Source: a virus
Length of the DNA stretch: 64,000 bases
Reading direction: 5' to 3' (one strand)
Virus record (IMG/VR): IMGVR_UViG_3300045988_092861
Location: 1 to 64,000 of that record
In this document: piece after piece, positions 24,598-32,735 of the stretch
Layout of the letters: the number at the start of each line of letters is the position of its first letter
How positions within the stretch are numbered: position 1 is the stretch's first letter
Notes under the pieces: model-generated
What the model saw: only the letters and a program-made list of their open reading frames with translations
What the model was told of the DNA's origin: nothing
Database searches by the model: none
Position numbers and translations under genes: made by a program

Positions 24598-24822
24598 AAG
24601 ACAATTAAAGTTACCAATGCTCCAAAGTCAATGATTATGGTACTCGTTGAGAATGACAATAGATTCGTTTTTAACAGCGGTGACATATTTATTATGGGAA
24701 CGAGCAACGTAGAGAAGTTCAAGAAATACATAAAAACAAAAGGCATATCTTCCTCTGAGATTGATAGCCTCTCCTACGAAGTCGTTGATATTGACGAGGT
24801 AAGTGATTTGTATAATTTCTAA
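24595..24822 (+). CDS. Hypothetical protein
   Basis: 75-aa ORF directly after the conserved leader. Confidence 0.5.
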   Translation: MKTIKVTNAPKSMIMVLVENDNRFVFNSGDIFIMGTSNVEKFKKYIKTKGISSSEIDSLSYEVVDIDEVSDLYNF

Positions 24823-24843
24823 CCAATTGAAATTATAAAGATT

Positions 24844-25035
24844 ATGAGTACTTTATTAGTTACATTCTACAAGGAGGTGTTTCACGGTATGGATGACAAG
24901 ACCTTAGAAAAGGTTGAGTTCGAACATAAGAAGAACGTGAACAAGAGTGATTACGAAAATATGACGGATGCTTATGACATTGCAGTAAGCAGAGGGCACA
25001 ACCCTGGTAAGAACATTTCAATAAAGGAGGTTTAG
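24844..25035 (+). CDS. Hypothetical protein
   Basis: 63-aa ORF preceded by a leader-like AACCAATTGAAATTATAAAGATT. Confidence 0.5.
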   Translation: MSTLLVTFYKEVFHGMDDKTLEKVEFEHKKNVNKSDYENMTDAYDIAVSRGHNPGKNISIKEV

Positions 25036-25037
25036 CT

Positions 25038-25199
25038 ATGGACAGTGTTTTTGAAACAAAGCTTCTCAAATACAAGAAGCACATCATCCAGGTTTTTGAG
25101 GATATGTTTGGTCAGAGATACGTCTATATCGACGGCAAGACACAGACTTATTCTATTAATAATGCAAAGAGAATGATTAGCCTATGTTGTCAACAGTAA
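25038..25199 (+). CDS. Hypothetical 53-aa protein
   Basis: Translated by hand (MDSVFETKLL...SLCCQQ*). AGGAGG lies 8 nt upstream. Confidence 0.35.
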   Translation: MDSVFETKLLKYKKHIIQVFEDMFGQRYVYIDGKTQTYSINNAKRMISLCCQQ

Positions 25200-25456
25200 T
25201 ATTCACTGATGGTGCCAAGAAGAATGTGGAGCCATCCAACGGAACGGATTTCTCATTGGAGGAGTTGAGAGGATTTGTAGGTGGCCACATCGAGTTGGTC
25301 AGACTCAGCAATTCGCAGGTGATGGTAGTTAATGAGGAAGGCAAGGTTTACGACCTTCCTCAGAACGAGAACGCCACGATGCTTGTGAACATCGCAGGTA
25401 TCAGAGACGTAATAGTAGGTAATGTATTAGTTTGTGACATTAATAAAATCAAGTAA
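25184..25456 (+). CDS. DUF3846-like protein
   Basis: LRGFVGGHIELVRL...VVNEEGKVYDLPQNENAT resembles DUF3846, a family seen in phages and conjugative elements. Confidence 0.55.
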   Translation: MLSTVIFTDGAKKNVEPSNGTDFSLEELRGFVGGHIELVRLSNSQVMVVNEEGKVYDLPQNENATMLVNIAGIRDVIVGNVLVCDINKIK

Positions 25457-25457
25457 T

Positions 25458-25640
25458 ATGGATAAGAATGATTTGATGAAGTACCTCGTAGAAGAGGCAG
25501 AGTATAGTGAGAGCGAAGTAGCTGAAATGACTAACACGAAGCTGCTGGATCATTGGCTGGAGTACAACGGAATTTGCGGTTTCACAGAGGATATCAAAAA
25601 TGTTGTTGAAGCTGCTTTTGATGTAGATTTGGAGGACTAG
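25458..25640 (+). CDS. Hypothetical acidic protein
   Basis: ATG 1 nt after the upstream stop. Track ORF 25434 trimmed. Confidence 0.45.
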   Translation: MDKNDLMKYLVEEAEYSESEVAEMTNTKLLDHWLEYNGICGFTEDIKNVVEAAFDVDLED

Positions 25641-25642
25641 CT

Positions 25643-25861
25643 ATGTACAAAGAGAATATAGGAACAGACAGATATGGGCGCACGATGCGCCTATATCACT
25701 CCTGCAACACGGTCTATTGCGACCACGTCAAGAATGACAAGGTAGTCAGGACAAACCAGATAAAGGTAGATAACTGCATCATCTTAATGTTTAGTGCTCC
25801 GCATACGAGTGGAGCATACATTTACGATGAGATTCACAGAAGATACGGAAAACGGCTATGA
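25643..25861 (+). CDS. Hypothetical protein
   Basis: 72-aa ORF. GGAGGA lies upstream. Confidence 0.45.
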   Translation: MYKENIGTDRYGRTMRLYHSCNTVYCDHVKNDKVVRTNQIKVDNCIILMFSAPHTSGAYIYDEIHRRYGKRL

Positions 25862-25998
25862 AAGAGATTATCACCATTGAAGTAGAAAGCTCTAGTGTAG
25901 AGTGCTATAGTAGCTTTTATACGGACCTGTTGTCTTTCGTCGCGCACAGAGTGAATGGTACTCCATTGAGAATTAAAATAATCTCAGATATTAAGTAG
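25858..25998 (+). CDS. Hypothetical 46-aa protein
   Basis: ATGA overlap. Ends in a TAGCGTATG junction. Confidence 0.3.
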   Translation: MKEIITIEVESSSVECYSSFYTDLLSFVAHRVNGTPLRIKIISDIK

Positions 25999-26001
25999 CG
26001 T

Positions 26002-26796
26002 ATGAAACCAATGTTAGCAACAAGATATTATCCGTCACAGACGAAGTTTCCTTGCTTCGTTCAGCCTAAATACGACGGAGTTAGATGCGTCCTTCATGAA
26101 GGAGAAGGTGGTGAGGTTCATCTCACATCGAGAGGTGGCAAGGAATATGATGTTCCTCAGATTAAGGCGTGGGGAGAGAAGCACCGCGGTATGCTTCCTT
26201 TGGATGGTGAGATATACAACCACCAGGAATTGACCTTTCAACAGATATGTTCTGCTGTAAAGTGCCGCTCTACCATGACCGACAAGCTACGTATGGTTAT
26301 CTACGATGCACAGATTCCAGGAAGCTTTGCTACCAGATGGAAAGCTCTGCAGGAGGAATTTGCTCCCATTGATCCAAACGGACCTGTGTACCTTACGCAG
26401 ACTTTCGTTGCCCATTCAGAGAAGGACATCAAGCGATGGCACAAGATATTCGTTTCCACCGGTTACGAGGGTGCCATTATCAGAAATGCAGATGGAATCT
26501 ATACCGAGGGCAGAAGCAATGACCTTATGAAGCTGAAATCGTTCGATACGACGGAGTTCAAGGTGGTAGATGTTTTGGAAGCGGAGGGCAATGATGCGGG
26601 TACCGCTATATTCAAACTGAAGTGTGGAGAGCATGAGTTCTGCGCCCGCCCAGTAGGTCCAAGGTCACTCAGAGCCCAATACTTAGCCGACAAGTACGAG
26701 TTGATAGGTATGGCGGCGACTGTTCAGCACCAGGGTTATTCTGATGCTGGAGTGCCGAGATTTCCTGTATTGTTGAACATTAGGGATTACGAGTAA
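26002..26796 (+). CDS. ATP-dependent DNA ligase (small phage type)
   Basis: PMLAT, adenylation motif VQPKYDGVRC, EGAIIRNADGIY, LMKLK. Confidence 0.85.
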   Translation: MKPMLATRYYPSQTKFPCFVQPKYDGVRCVLHEGEGGEVHLTSRGGKEYDVPQIKAWGEKHRGMLPLDGEIYNHQELTFQQICSAVKCRSTMTDKLRMVIYDAQIPGSFATRWKALQEEFAPIDPNGPVYLTQTFVAHSEKDIKRWHKIFVSTGYEGAIIRNADGIYTEGRSNDLMKLKSFDTTEFKVVDVLEAEGNDAGTAIFKLKCGEHEFCARPVGPRSLRAQYLADKYELIGMAATVQHQGYSDAGVPRFPVLLNIRDYE

Positions 26797-26936
26797 TGAC
26801 AGCATTAAATATTAACGAGTATTACGGCTGCTTCTCTTGCGAGGCTGCTGACGAGCACGGAAATGGTTGCAGGCACGGTCTGCTGTTCCCGGTACTGCTT
26901 ACAATGGAAAAACAAGAGAAGCTGCCCAAACTATAA
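26796..26936 (+). CDS. Hypothetical 46-aa Cys-rich protein
   Basis: TAATG junction. YYGCFSCEAADEHGNGCRHG. Confidence 0.3.
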   Translation: MTALNINEYYGCFSCEAADEHGNGCRHGLLFPVLLTMEKQEKLPKL

Positions 26937-26954
26937 ATTCGAAGAGAAATAATT

Positions 26955-27521
26955 ATGGAGTTAGAAGTTAAGTTAAAAAGAAAATATGAGTCAAAGACAG
27001 AGCCTCTTATCCTTATTAATTATAAAAGAGACTTGCGAAGATGTGTCAACATAACTTACCCAAGAGATTGGGATTGCGAAAAGCTTGATACGTTCATTCA
27101 AACGTTTCACGACATACACGTAAGAAAGCCTTTATACACGTCAGAATGGGGGGCTTTGCTTATGAAAAACAGACTTGAGGAAATCAAGGAACTTGGCTAT
27201 CGTGTCATTGCAATTAAGCAAACGTATGGCTATATCGTTCGAAAGGACGGAAAGTTTCTATATTATCAGCTTGCCAGATATACATCAGAAGGAGGAATAA
27301 GCCTAACATACAATTATAAGCCTTCAGCTAAACATGGGACAGGTGCTATACAGGGCGGAGAGAGTGGCTACAACTTTGGATTCACCGAGTTCAGCAAAGA
27401 GATGCTGGACGAGATGATGGACTACCCTAAACTTTACGGAAAGGTAGAGCGTTATAAGGACTTTTCTGACTACTGTAAAAGAGAGTCTAAACGTTATAGC
27501 TATCTTGAAAAGTTTATTTAG
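26955..27521 (+). CDS. Hypothetical protein
   Basis: 188-aa ORF. No family recognised. Confidence 0.55.
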   Translation: MELEVKLKRKYESKTEPLILINYKRDLRRCVNITYPRDWDCEKLDTFIQTFHDIHVRKPLYTSEWGALLMKNRLEEIKELGYRVIAIKQTYGYIVRKDGKFLYYQLARYTSEGGISLTYNYKPSAKHGTGAIQGGESGYNFGFTEFSKEMLDEMMDYPKLYGKVERYKDFSDYCKRESKRYSYLEKFI

Positions 27522-27621
27522 ATTTTTTGGTTCAACACAATAAAGTACCATATGATGCGTTATTAATCTGATAGACGGATTATTAACTAAAGCTTAGCTA
27601 CCGGCATGACGGGCGCATCAT

Positions 27622-27948
27622 ATGGGAAATAGAAAATTTGTACCTCAAGTAGGCAAGCATTTAGGCAATATTGCCGATGCATTAGCTGTAATATCTATTC
27701 TTGCTCTGATAGTAACCTTTATTATTTGGTTTGTTACTATAACCTCTTCCAATGGATATAGTAGTTATGAACGCTCTTCCTTGTCTGGATTAGAAGCCTT
27801 CGGTTTTATTATCTACTCTATGGAGGGTATAATAGCGTCTTTCGTTCTTAGAGGATTTTCTTTTGTAGTCAAAGCAGCTATCAAATATCTCGATGAGAAA
27901 GGTGAATTTGATGAGAAAGAAGAAACTAGTACACCAAGCAATATTTAA
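27622..27948 (+). CDS. Small membrane protein (2 predicted TM segments)
   Basis: ALAVISILALIVTFIIWFVTI and FGFIIYSMEGIIASFVL. Confidence 0.55.
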   Translation: MGNRKFVPQVGKHLGNIADALAVISILALIVTFIIWFVTITSSNGYSSYERSSLSGLEAFGFIIYSMEGIIASFVLRGFSFVVKAAIKYLDEKGEFDEKEETSTPSNI

Positions 27949-27963
27949 ACAAAGATTTAAATC

Positions 27964-28392
27964 ATGAGAAAGATATTACCATTAATTTTTGTATTTTTCT
28001 TGTGTGGATGTATCAATCGTTTCCATTCTGAAGCAGAAGAGAGATATAACTTTTTTATAGATAGCATTAAGCATGGATTTGATAGCAGTCAGTCGATTGT
28101 TGATGAAGGTATGGTATATGAAGATGATTCTGTTTACATCAGAAGATTTGACTTAAAAGGTACTTACCCTTTGTCTTCAGAAACATATCGTGACTGGGTT
28201 GTCTATATTTATAGTCGCAATTTCCAAAATAAGCGATTTGAGTGCTTCTTTAAAAAAGAAAGATATGATAATATTATGAAGTTTTATCATAACGATACGT
28301 TTGTTACGATGGAAGAAGAAGATAAGCATAAGGCAAAAGTTCTTTGGAGCGTTGCTATAGCAATCGGAAAAGAAGTTAATATAATACACTGA
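27964..28392 (+). CDS. Lipoprotein (moron; superinfection-exclusion candidate)
   Basis: MRKILPLIFVFFLCGC gives a signal peptide plus a lipobox-like LCGC. Confidence 0.65.
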   Translation: MRKILPLIFVFFLCGCINRFHSEAEERYNFFIDSIKHGFDSSQSIVDEGMVYEDDSVYIRRFDLKGTYPLSSETYRDWVVYIYSRNFQNKRFECFFKKERYDNIMKFYHNDTFVTMEEEDKHKAKVLWSVAIAIGKEVNIIH

Positions 28393-28429
28393 TAATCAAC
28401 GATTTAAATTCGTAATTTTGGTTAAAAGA

Positions 28430-28461
28430 TTTGGCAAATTGGCAAAATTTTCGTACCTTTG
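28430..28461 (+). promoter_or_regulatory. Cassette D promoter (variant upstream half)
   Basis: TTTG, N20, TACCTTTG. The TTGGCAAA direct repeat replaces the ATATAT palindrome. Confidence 0.6.
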
Positions 28462-28643
28462 CATATAGAAAAAGGGTAGTAATTTTGTCTAAGAGCCTAC
28501 TAAATAGGGCAACTGCAACGTTACGACCTGCCAAGGAGATAAGACCGGGACGCTGGTTCTCTAAGGCTGTTTTTCGAGGGCGTGACAAGCGGCTGCCCTT
28601 CTCTATTAAAATGAGCTTGATGGTTGCTTAATACGAAAAACTT

Positions 28644-29348
28644 ATGGCAACAAACGCAGACATGAGCTTGAAAGAGTTCGCAAAGGAAATGCTGGTCGAA
28701 GTTAGAAAGGACCAGGAGTGGTTAAAAAGGCAGAAGGAAATCATGGGTGATCTCCAGGAGAGAATCGATGAGTGCTTCAAGAAAGTGCAGAAGTGCGACA
28801 TGACAAAAGGCATCTACTCCACTACGCAGATGGCGAAGGAGTTGGGCATGAGCAGCGCACAGAAGTTGTACGAAGAGCTGAAGGAGGTTGGCCTTGCGTT
28901 CAACCAGGGTTATGAGTGGATGCTGACAAGTCCCTACTCCACCTACCAGCTAACTGAGGTGACTACACACCTTATCAAGGGCAAGTACATAAGAAGACCT
29001 CTTTGGACGGAGCGAGGCAGACGCTGGCTTCTCGCATTGAAGGAGAAGAACATCATCTGCAACCTCCCGAAGCCGAGAGTGCCGAAGGCTGTTGAGAAGT
29101 GTATTGCTTCTCAGTCCGGTGAGAAGAAGAAAGAGGTCAAGGTTGAGCCACCAACACCGCTGATGAAGAAAGCCGAGACGCTTAAGGATGAAATCAACTG
29201 CCTTTTGAGTCTCATTACAGAGGTCGGAAAGGGAGAGACGATGCTCCTTATGGGAGACATCATGACAATCTCCACAACCATCAGTGAGCACGTGAGCACA
29301 TTGACTTTCGAGGCTTACAAGACATTAAATGCACCAGCGAGGGCTTGA
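28644..29348 (+). CDS. KilAC/antirepressor-like DNA-binding protein (tentative)
   Basis: YSTTQMAKELGMSSAQKLYEELKEVGLAF...GYEWMLTSPY resembles the KilA-C domain. Coiled-coil N-terminus. Confidence 0.45.
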   Translation: MATNADMSLKEFAKEMLVEVRKDQEWLKRQKEIMGDLQERIDECFKKVQKCDMTKGIYSTTQMAKELGMSSAQKLYEELKEVGLAFNQGYEWMLTSPYSTYQLTEVTTHLIKGKYIRRPLWTERGRRWLLALKEKNIICNLPKPRVPKAVEKCIASQSGEKKKEVKVEPPTPLMKKAETLKDEINCLLSLITEVGKGETMLLMGDIMTISTTISEHVSTLTFEAYKTLNAPARA

Positions 29349-29369
29349 ACCAATTAAAATTCGAAAAGA

Positions 29370-29401
29370 TTTGGATTTTCCAAAATAAAATATTACCTTT
29401 G
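29370..29401 (+). promoter_or_regulatory. Promoter with no downstream ORF
   Basis: TTTG (29370-29373), N20, TACCTTTG (29394-29401). TTTGG-ATTTT-CCAAA palindrome at the -33. Confidence 0.55.
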
Positions 29402-29407
29402 CAGCGG

Positions 29408-29520
29408 TAAAGGAGAAAGATAAAAGCACTGAAATTCATCCGGAACCTAAGCCCAAATTGAGTCAGGCAGGGGCGCCAATTAGGCCTGTTTGACCTTGGA
29501 TGGTTTCAGTGCTTCATTTT
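29408..29520 (+). ncRNA. Candidate ~110-nt structured RNA and bidirectional terminator
   Basis: AGCACTGAAA (29425-29434) pairs with TTTCAGTGCT (29504-29513), ATCC with GGAT, and inner CAGGC (29464-29468) with GCCTG (29484-29488). Followed by TCATTTTT. No ORF. Confidence 0.35.
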
Positions 29521-31088
29521 TAGAAAGAATATCTCTTTATTATCAATTTTTCGCCATCTTTTATAACGCAAACTATATTCTTGACAACTATTGGCTGTTT
29601 GTTCTGTTTAGCGACGTTAACAAAACTTTTATAGCTCTCAACAACACTTTCGTCTTTGAACATTTTCTTATCATGGAAATAAAGACAAACGGTATTGCTA
29701 TTGTCATTCTGCTGAGCATTCCAAATACTCAGCTGTTTATTTTTGGTCTTGATTTGATTTCTGTATTTACAGGTATAACTACAAACAGATTTTATATCCA
29801 TGCGCACACCATCAAAAATCATATCGAGAGATTTGTATTGGCCAGTAGTATTAGGCATTCTTTCACCCTCTTTACATAAAATAACACTATGCCCGTTATT
29901 GTAAGCTAAGTCTCTCAATTCATATTCCAGATCATACCCAGTCATTTTACCCAGGCATGGCTCTTGGTCCTCGTCTGCCTTTTCGTGTTTGACGTGAGTA
30001 GCCTTAAGACCGCCTTTAGAGTTCATGGCCACATCTGTATATTCCTTGTCGCCTTTCAGTGATAAGAATTGCTTTCCCCGTTCGCTTTTCAAGACTATAC
30101 TAGAAGTAATATACTGTTCGTTGTTTGTGAGAAATACAGGAATGCTCTTAGATGACAGAATCTTGGACTCGTTTCTACTGATATAGTCGTTGAACTGCTT
30201 AGGAACCTCAGACACTCTTCGTTTAGGGCCTACGCTCCAATATTCTTCCTCACTCATAACAATAGGAATAGCATAGCACATACAATTTACATGCCAGCCA
30301 TTCCAATCAAATGGCAACGGATAAATACCAGCTAATTCATCGCACATATCATGCTTAGGATGGCTACCACTCGGCTTTATCTCTTTGCCTTTAATGAAGT
30401 CCATCCTAGCCCATCTTTCCTGCTCGGCAGAACGGTAGGCCATGTTTATCTCGTTACGTGCCAGTCGCACGCTTCTGTACTCGCAGTTCTGAATGGTTAT
30501 GGCTTTGCCGTATTTCTTCTTATAGTCTTTGGCAAGTGATGGATAATCATTAAGGTACTTGCTGACCTTCTTGCTGAGTTTAACAGCACTCATACCCTTC
30601 TCGATGCCGACGGACAGAGCTTTCTCAAGAGCCTCCTTTACATCAGCTCTCTGGTTCCATATTCGTTCTGAAAGACTGAGACCATTTATCTTTCTTTCCA
30701 CGAAAGCCTTCTTTGCCGCATTGTTGTGTTCAAAGTAAGCTTTCTGTTTTGTCTCCGCAATCTTCCTCGTAAAGGTGCCGATTACCCTTTTGGCAAGTAG
30801 ATCTTGCAGAGTGTTACTGTTCTTCCATTCCTCGGATATTCCGTTATAGACCAACGCCTGCATATTGTTTGAATAGTAATCCAACAAGGCGTTCACCCTC
30901 TTTTCTGTTCTAGGGTAATCATCAAAAGAGAACTCGCCATCCCCATCGAAGTCGGTGGAGGTGGCGATTTTAGATGATTCTTTAGCAAGAGTCTCATAGA
31001 TGGAAATGATTTTCCTGGTATAAGCATTCAGTCTCTTGCCAAGGTCTTTATATGCCTTTTTCTGATTAGGCAGTTTTGGCTTTTTCAT
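29520..31088 (-). CDS. MuF/SPP1-gp7-like head morphogenesis protein fused to a C-terminal toxin-like (PD-(D/E)xK-like) domain
   Basis: MuF core YRSVRLARNEINMAYRSAEQERW...HPKHDMCDELAG...WHVNCMCYAIP, then a ~220-aa extension with EYELRD...SLDMIFDGVRMDIKS. Confidence 0.8.
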   Translation of the reverse strand: MKKPKLPNQKKAYKDLGKRLNAYTRKIISIYETLAKESSKIATSTDFDGDGEFSFDDYPRTEKRVNALLDYYSNNMQALVYNGISEEWKNSNTLQDLLAKRVIGTFTRKIAETKQKAYFEHNNAAKKAFVERKINGLSLSERIWNQRADVKEALEKALSVGIEKGMSAVKLSKKVSKYLNDYPSLAKDYKKKYGKAITIQNCEYRSVRLARNEINMAYRSAEQERWARMDFIKGKEIKPSGSHPKHDMCDELAGIYPLPFDWNGWHVNCMCYAIPIVMSEEEYWSVGPKRRVSEVPKQFNDYISRNESKILSSKSIPVFLTNNEQYITSSIVLKSERGKQFLSLKGDKEYTDVAMNSKGGLKATHVKHEKADEDQEPCLGKMTGYDLEYELRDLAYNNGHSVILCKEGERMPNTTGQYKSLDMIFDGVRMDIKSVCSYTCKYRNQIKTKNKQLSIWNAQQNDNSNTVCLYFHDKKMFKDESVVESYKSFVNVAKQNKQPIVVKNIVCVIKDGEKLIIKRYSF

Positions 31089-31260
31089 ACAATTTCATTT
31101 TAAAGTGTTTACAGCAATCCCAGTTGAGAAGAACGCTCCATTCTTGATATGGGCATTTGGCTAGGATAGGCTGACCTTTAAGGCTCATACTATGGAAGTC
31201 AGTAGCATAAGCGCATTCACGGCAGAAGTGCCGTTTCTTATCTTCTTTCTTTTTTCTCAT
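31066..31260 (-). CDS. Small zinc-ribbon protein
   Basis: HFCRECAY...AKCPY...WDCCKHF. Confidence 0.45.
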   Translation of the reverse strand: MRKKKEDKKRHFCRECAYATDFHSMSLKGQPILAKCPYQEWSVLLNWDCCKHFKMKLYEKAKTA

Positions 31261-31262
31261 GA

Positions 31263-32678
31263 CTACTCCTCCGAGAATAAGTTAGGCATAGTAGCTGCTG
31301 TTCTGGTTGCCTCGGCTTCGTCCTCTTCGCGAATCTCTTGGTAAGTAGCGTCTGGGTCGTCGGAAATGCCAGCACGTTTGATTGACTCTTTCTGGCTGAT
31401 GATTGGCTTGTTTCCGTTGCCCTTCATCCACTTTTCAATTTGGGTCATCTCGTCCTCTTGGATGAATGGAGTGATGATGTGCTCTACCGTAATCTCATCC
31501 ATTCTAGCCTCCCATTTCGTATTCATCTTGGCAAGGAAAGCCTTTATGACGTTAGTCTCTCTCTCGAAGCCTTCAATCCAGGCACCCGTCTCCTCTCCTA
31601 TCTTAAGATGGGCATCCATGAGGAGTGTCTTTCTTGAATCATAGCCGATATTGCCAAGACTCTTCAAATTCTCGAAACTGATGTCCGGCATCTGGGACTG
31701 CATGAAGAAAAGCTTGACGAGAGTGTCAACGTGATACTTAAGAGCCTCGATAGCCTGCTGCCAAGACACGTAGCTAACATCGCCGTCTTCGCTGACTCTA
31801 TACACCCTCTTGCTCTCTCCCTTTCGCTCCATTCCAACGATGGCACCGGCAATCTTCAAGACAGGAGCGGAATTGTATGCCACAACATCGCTGTTTCTGG
31901 AAATGGTGTACTCGATATTCTCACGTATAGGTTTCAATCCTTCCCAGCATGGCTTGTGCCGGTACCAGAAAACGGCTGGAATCTTGTCGATAGAAATCTC
32001 ATTTTCATCCACCAAATTCCATCCGGACTCTTCATCGTCTGAAGACAGGTCCCACTTGTAATGATGGTCTGCGGTATAGGTCTCGAAGAAGGTGTGCTCT
32101 GTGTCAGTAACCTTACGCTTGTACTCGAATGACAGGGCGAGCATGTCTCCATACTCATCGAAGTAAGGATAGATGTCAACTCCGTCCATTGGAGAGAATG
32201 TCTTACATTTCAGCTTATACTGGCTGTCGAAGCCGTAGAGCTTGTTAGGCTTCTTCTGCGTGTACCAAAGTGTGAACATCTGACAAGAGGCGTAATAGCA
32301 CTTTGCTCTGTGCATGTTCATGGCATCAATGTGTGCACAGGTGTAGATTTTCTCGATGGCACGCGCAATCGTCTTCAGTTCCTCGTCAGCCTGATTATAC
32401 GTATATACACGCTTGACTGGTATAGCCATTGTAAATTCAGAGATTCTTCGTGTAAGAAGCTTCTCCAATCCGATAGGCAATCTAGCTGCCTTTTCTACAA
32501 TTCCGTCATCAAGCGTTCTGTCCTGTCTGCCTACGTGGTCGTTTACGATTTCATGGAGCATAGGCTCATACTCAGACAACAGGGTACTCCAAAGTGGAAT
32601 ATCCAGCACTCGTTGTTTCAGCTCTCCTATGATGCTGCCAACGTCATTTCTTTTAAAAAGTTCATTAAAATCTATCAT
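31263..32678 (-). CDS. Portal protein (SPP1 gp6-like)
   Basis: 471 aa, immediately upstream of MuF. N-terminal EYEPMLHEIVND..GRQD and an acidic C-terminus. Confidence 0.75.
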   Translation of the reverse strand: MIDFNELFKRNDVGSIIGELKQRVLDIPLWSTLLSEYEPMLHEIVNDHVGRQDRTLDDGIVEKAARLPIGLEKLLTRRISEFTMAIPVKRVYTYNQADEELKTIARAIEKIYTCAHIDAMNMHRAKCYYASCQMFTLWYTQKKPNKLYGFDSQYKLKCKTFSPMDGVDIYPYFDEYGDMLALSFEYKRKVTDTEHTFFETYTADHHYKWDLSSDDEESGWNLVDENEISIDKIPAVFWYRHKPCWEGLKPIRENIEYTISRNSDVVAYNSAPVLKIAGAIVGMERKGESKRVYRVSEDGDVSYVSWQQAIEALKYHVDTLVKLFFMQSQMPDISFENLKSLGNIGYDSRKTLLMDAHLKIGEETGAWIEGFERETNVIKAFLAKMNTKWEARMDEITVEHIITPFIQEDEMTQIEKWMKGNGNKPIISQKESIKRAGISDDPDATYQEIREEDEAEATRTAATMPNLFSEE

Positions 32679-32700
32679 AATCTTCGAAGTTTAGATATGG

Positions 32701-32708
32701 CAAAATTA
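32701..32708 (-). promoter_or_regulatory. Probable -7 box of the portal operon promoter
   Basis: Minus strand TAATTTTG. Adjacent ATATAT-TCGC-ATATAT palindrome (32712-32727). The -33 is weak. Confidence 0.35.
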
Positions 32709-32735
32709 CAGATATATTCGCATATATTTAACGCA

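Noticed and set aside
28506-28599. Resemblance to a c-di-GMP-I (GEMM) riboswitch (AGGGCAA... and ...GGGACGC...).
   Set aside because: Only two short strings match. The tetraloop/receptor hairpins and the spacing of GEMM-I are not present. This cannot be supported without a covariance-model scan.
28431-28631. 66-aa TTG-started ORF in the antirepressor leader.
   Set aside because: It starts inside the promoter -33 and gives an Arg-rich, non-protein-like translation. It is more likely 5' UTR.
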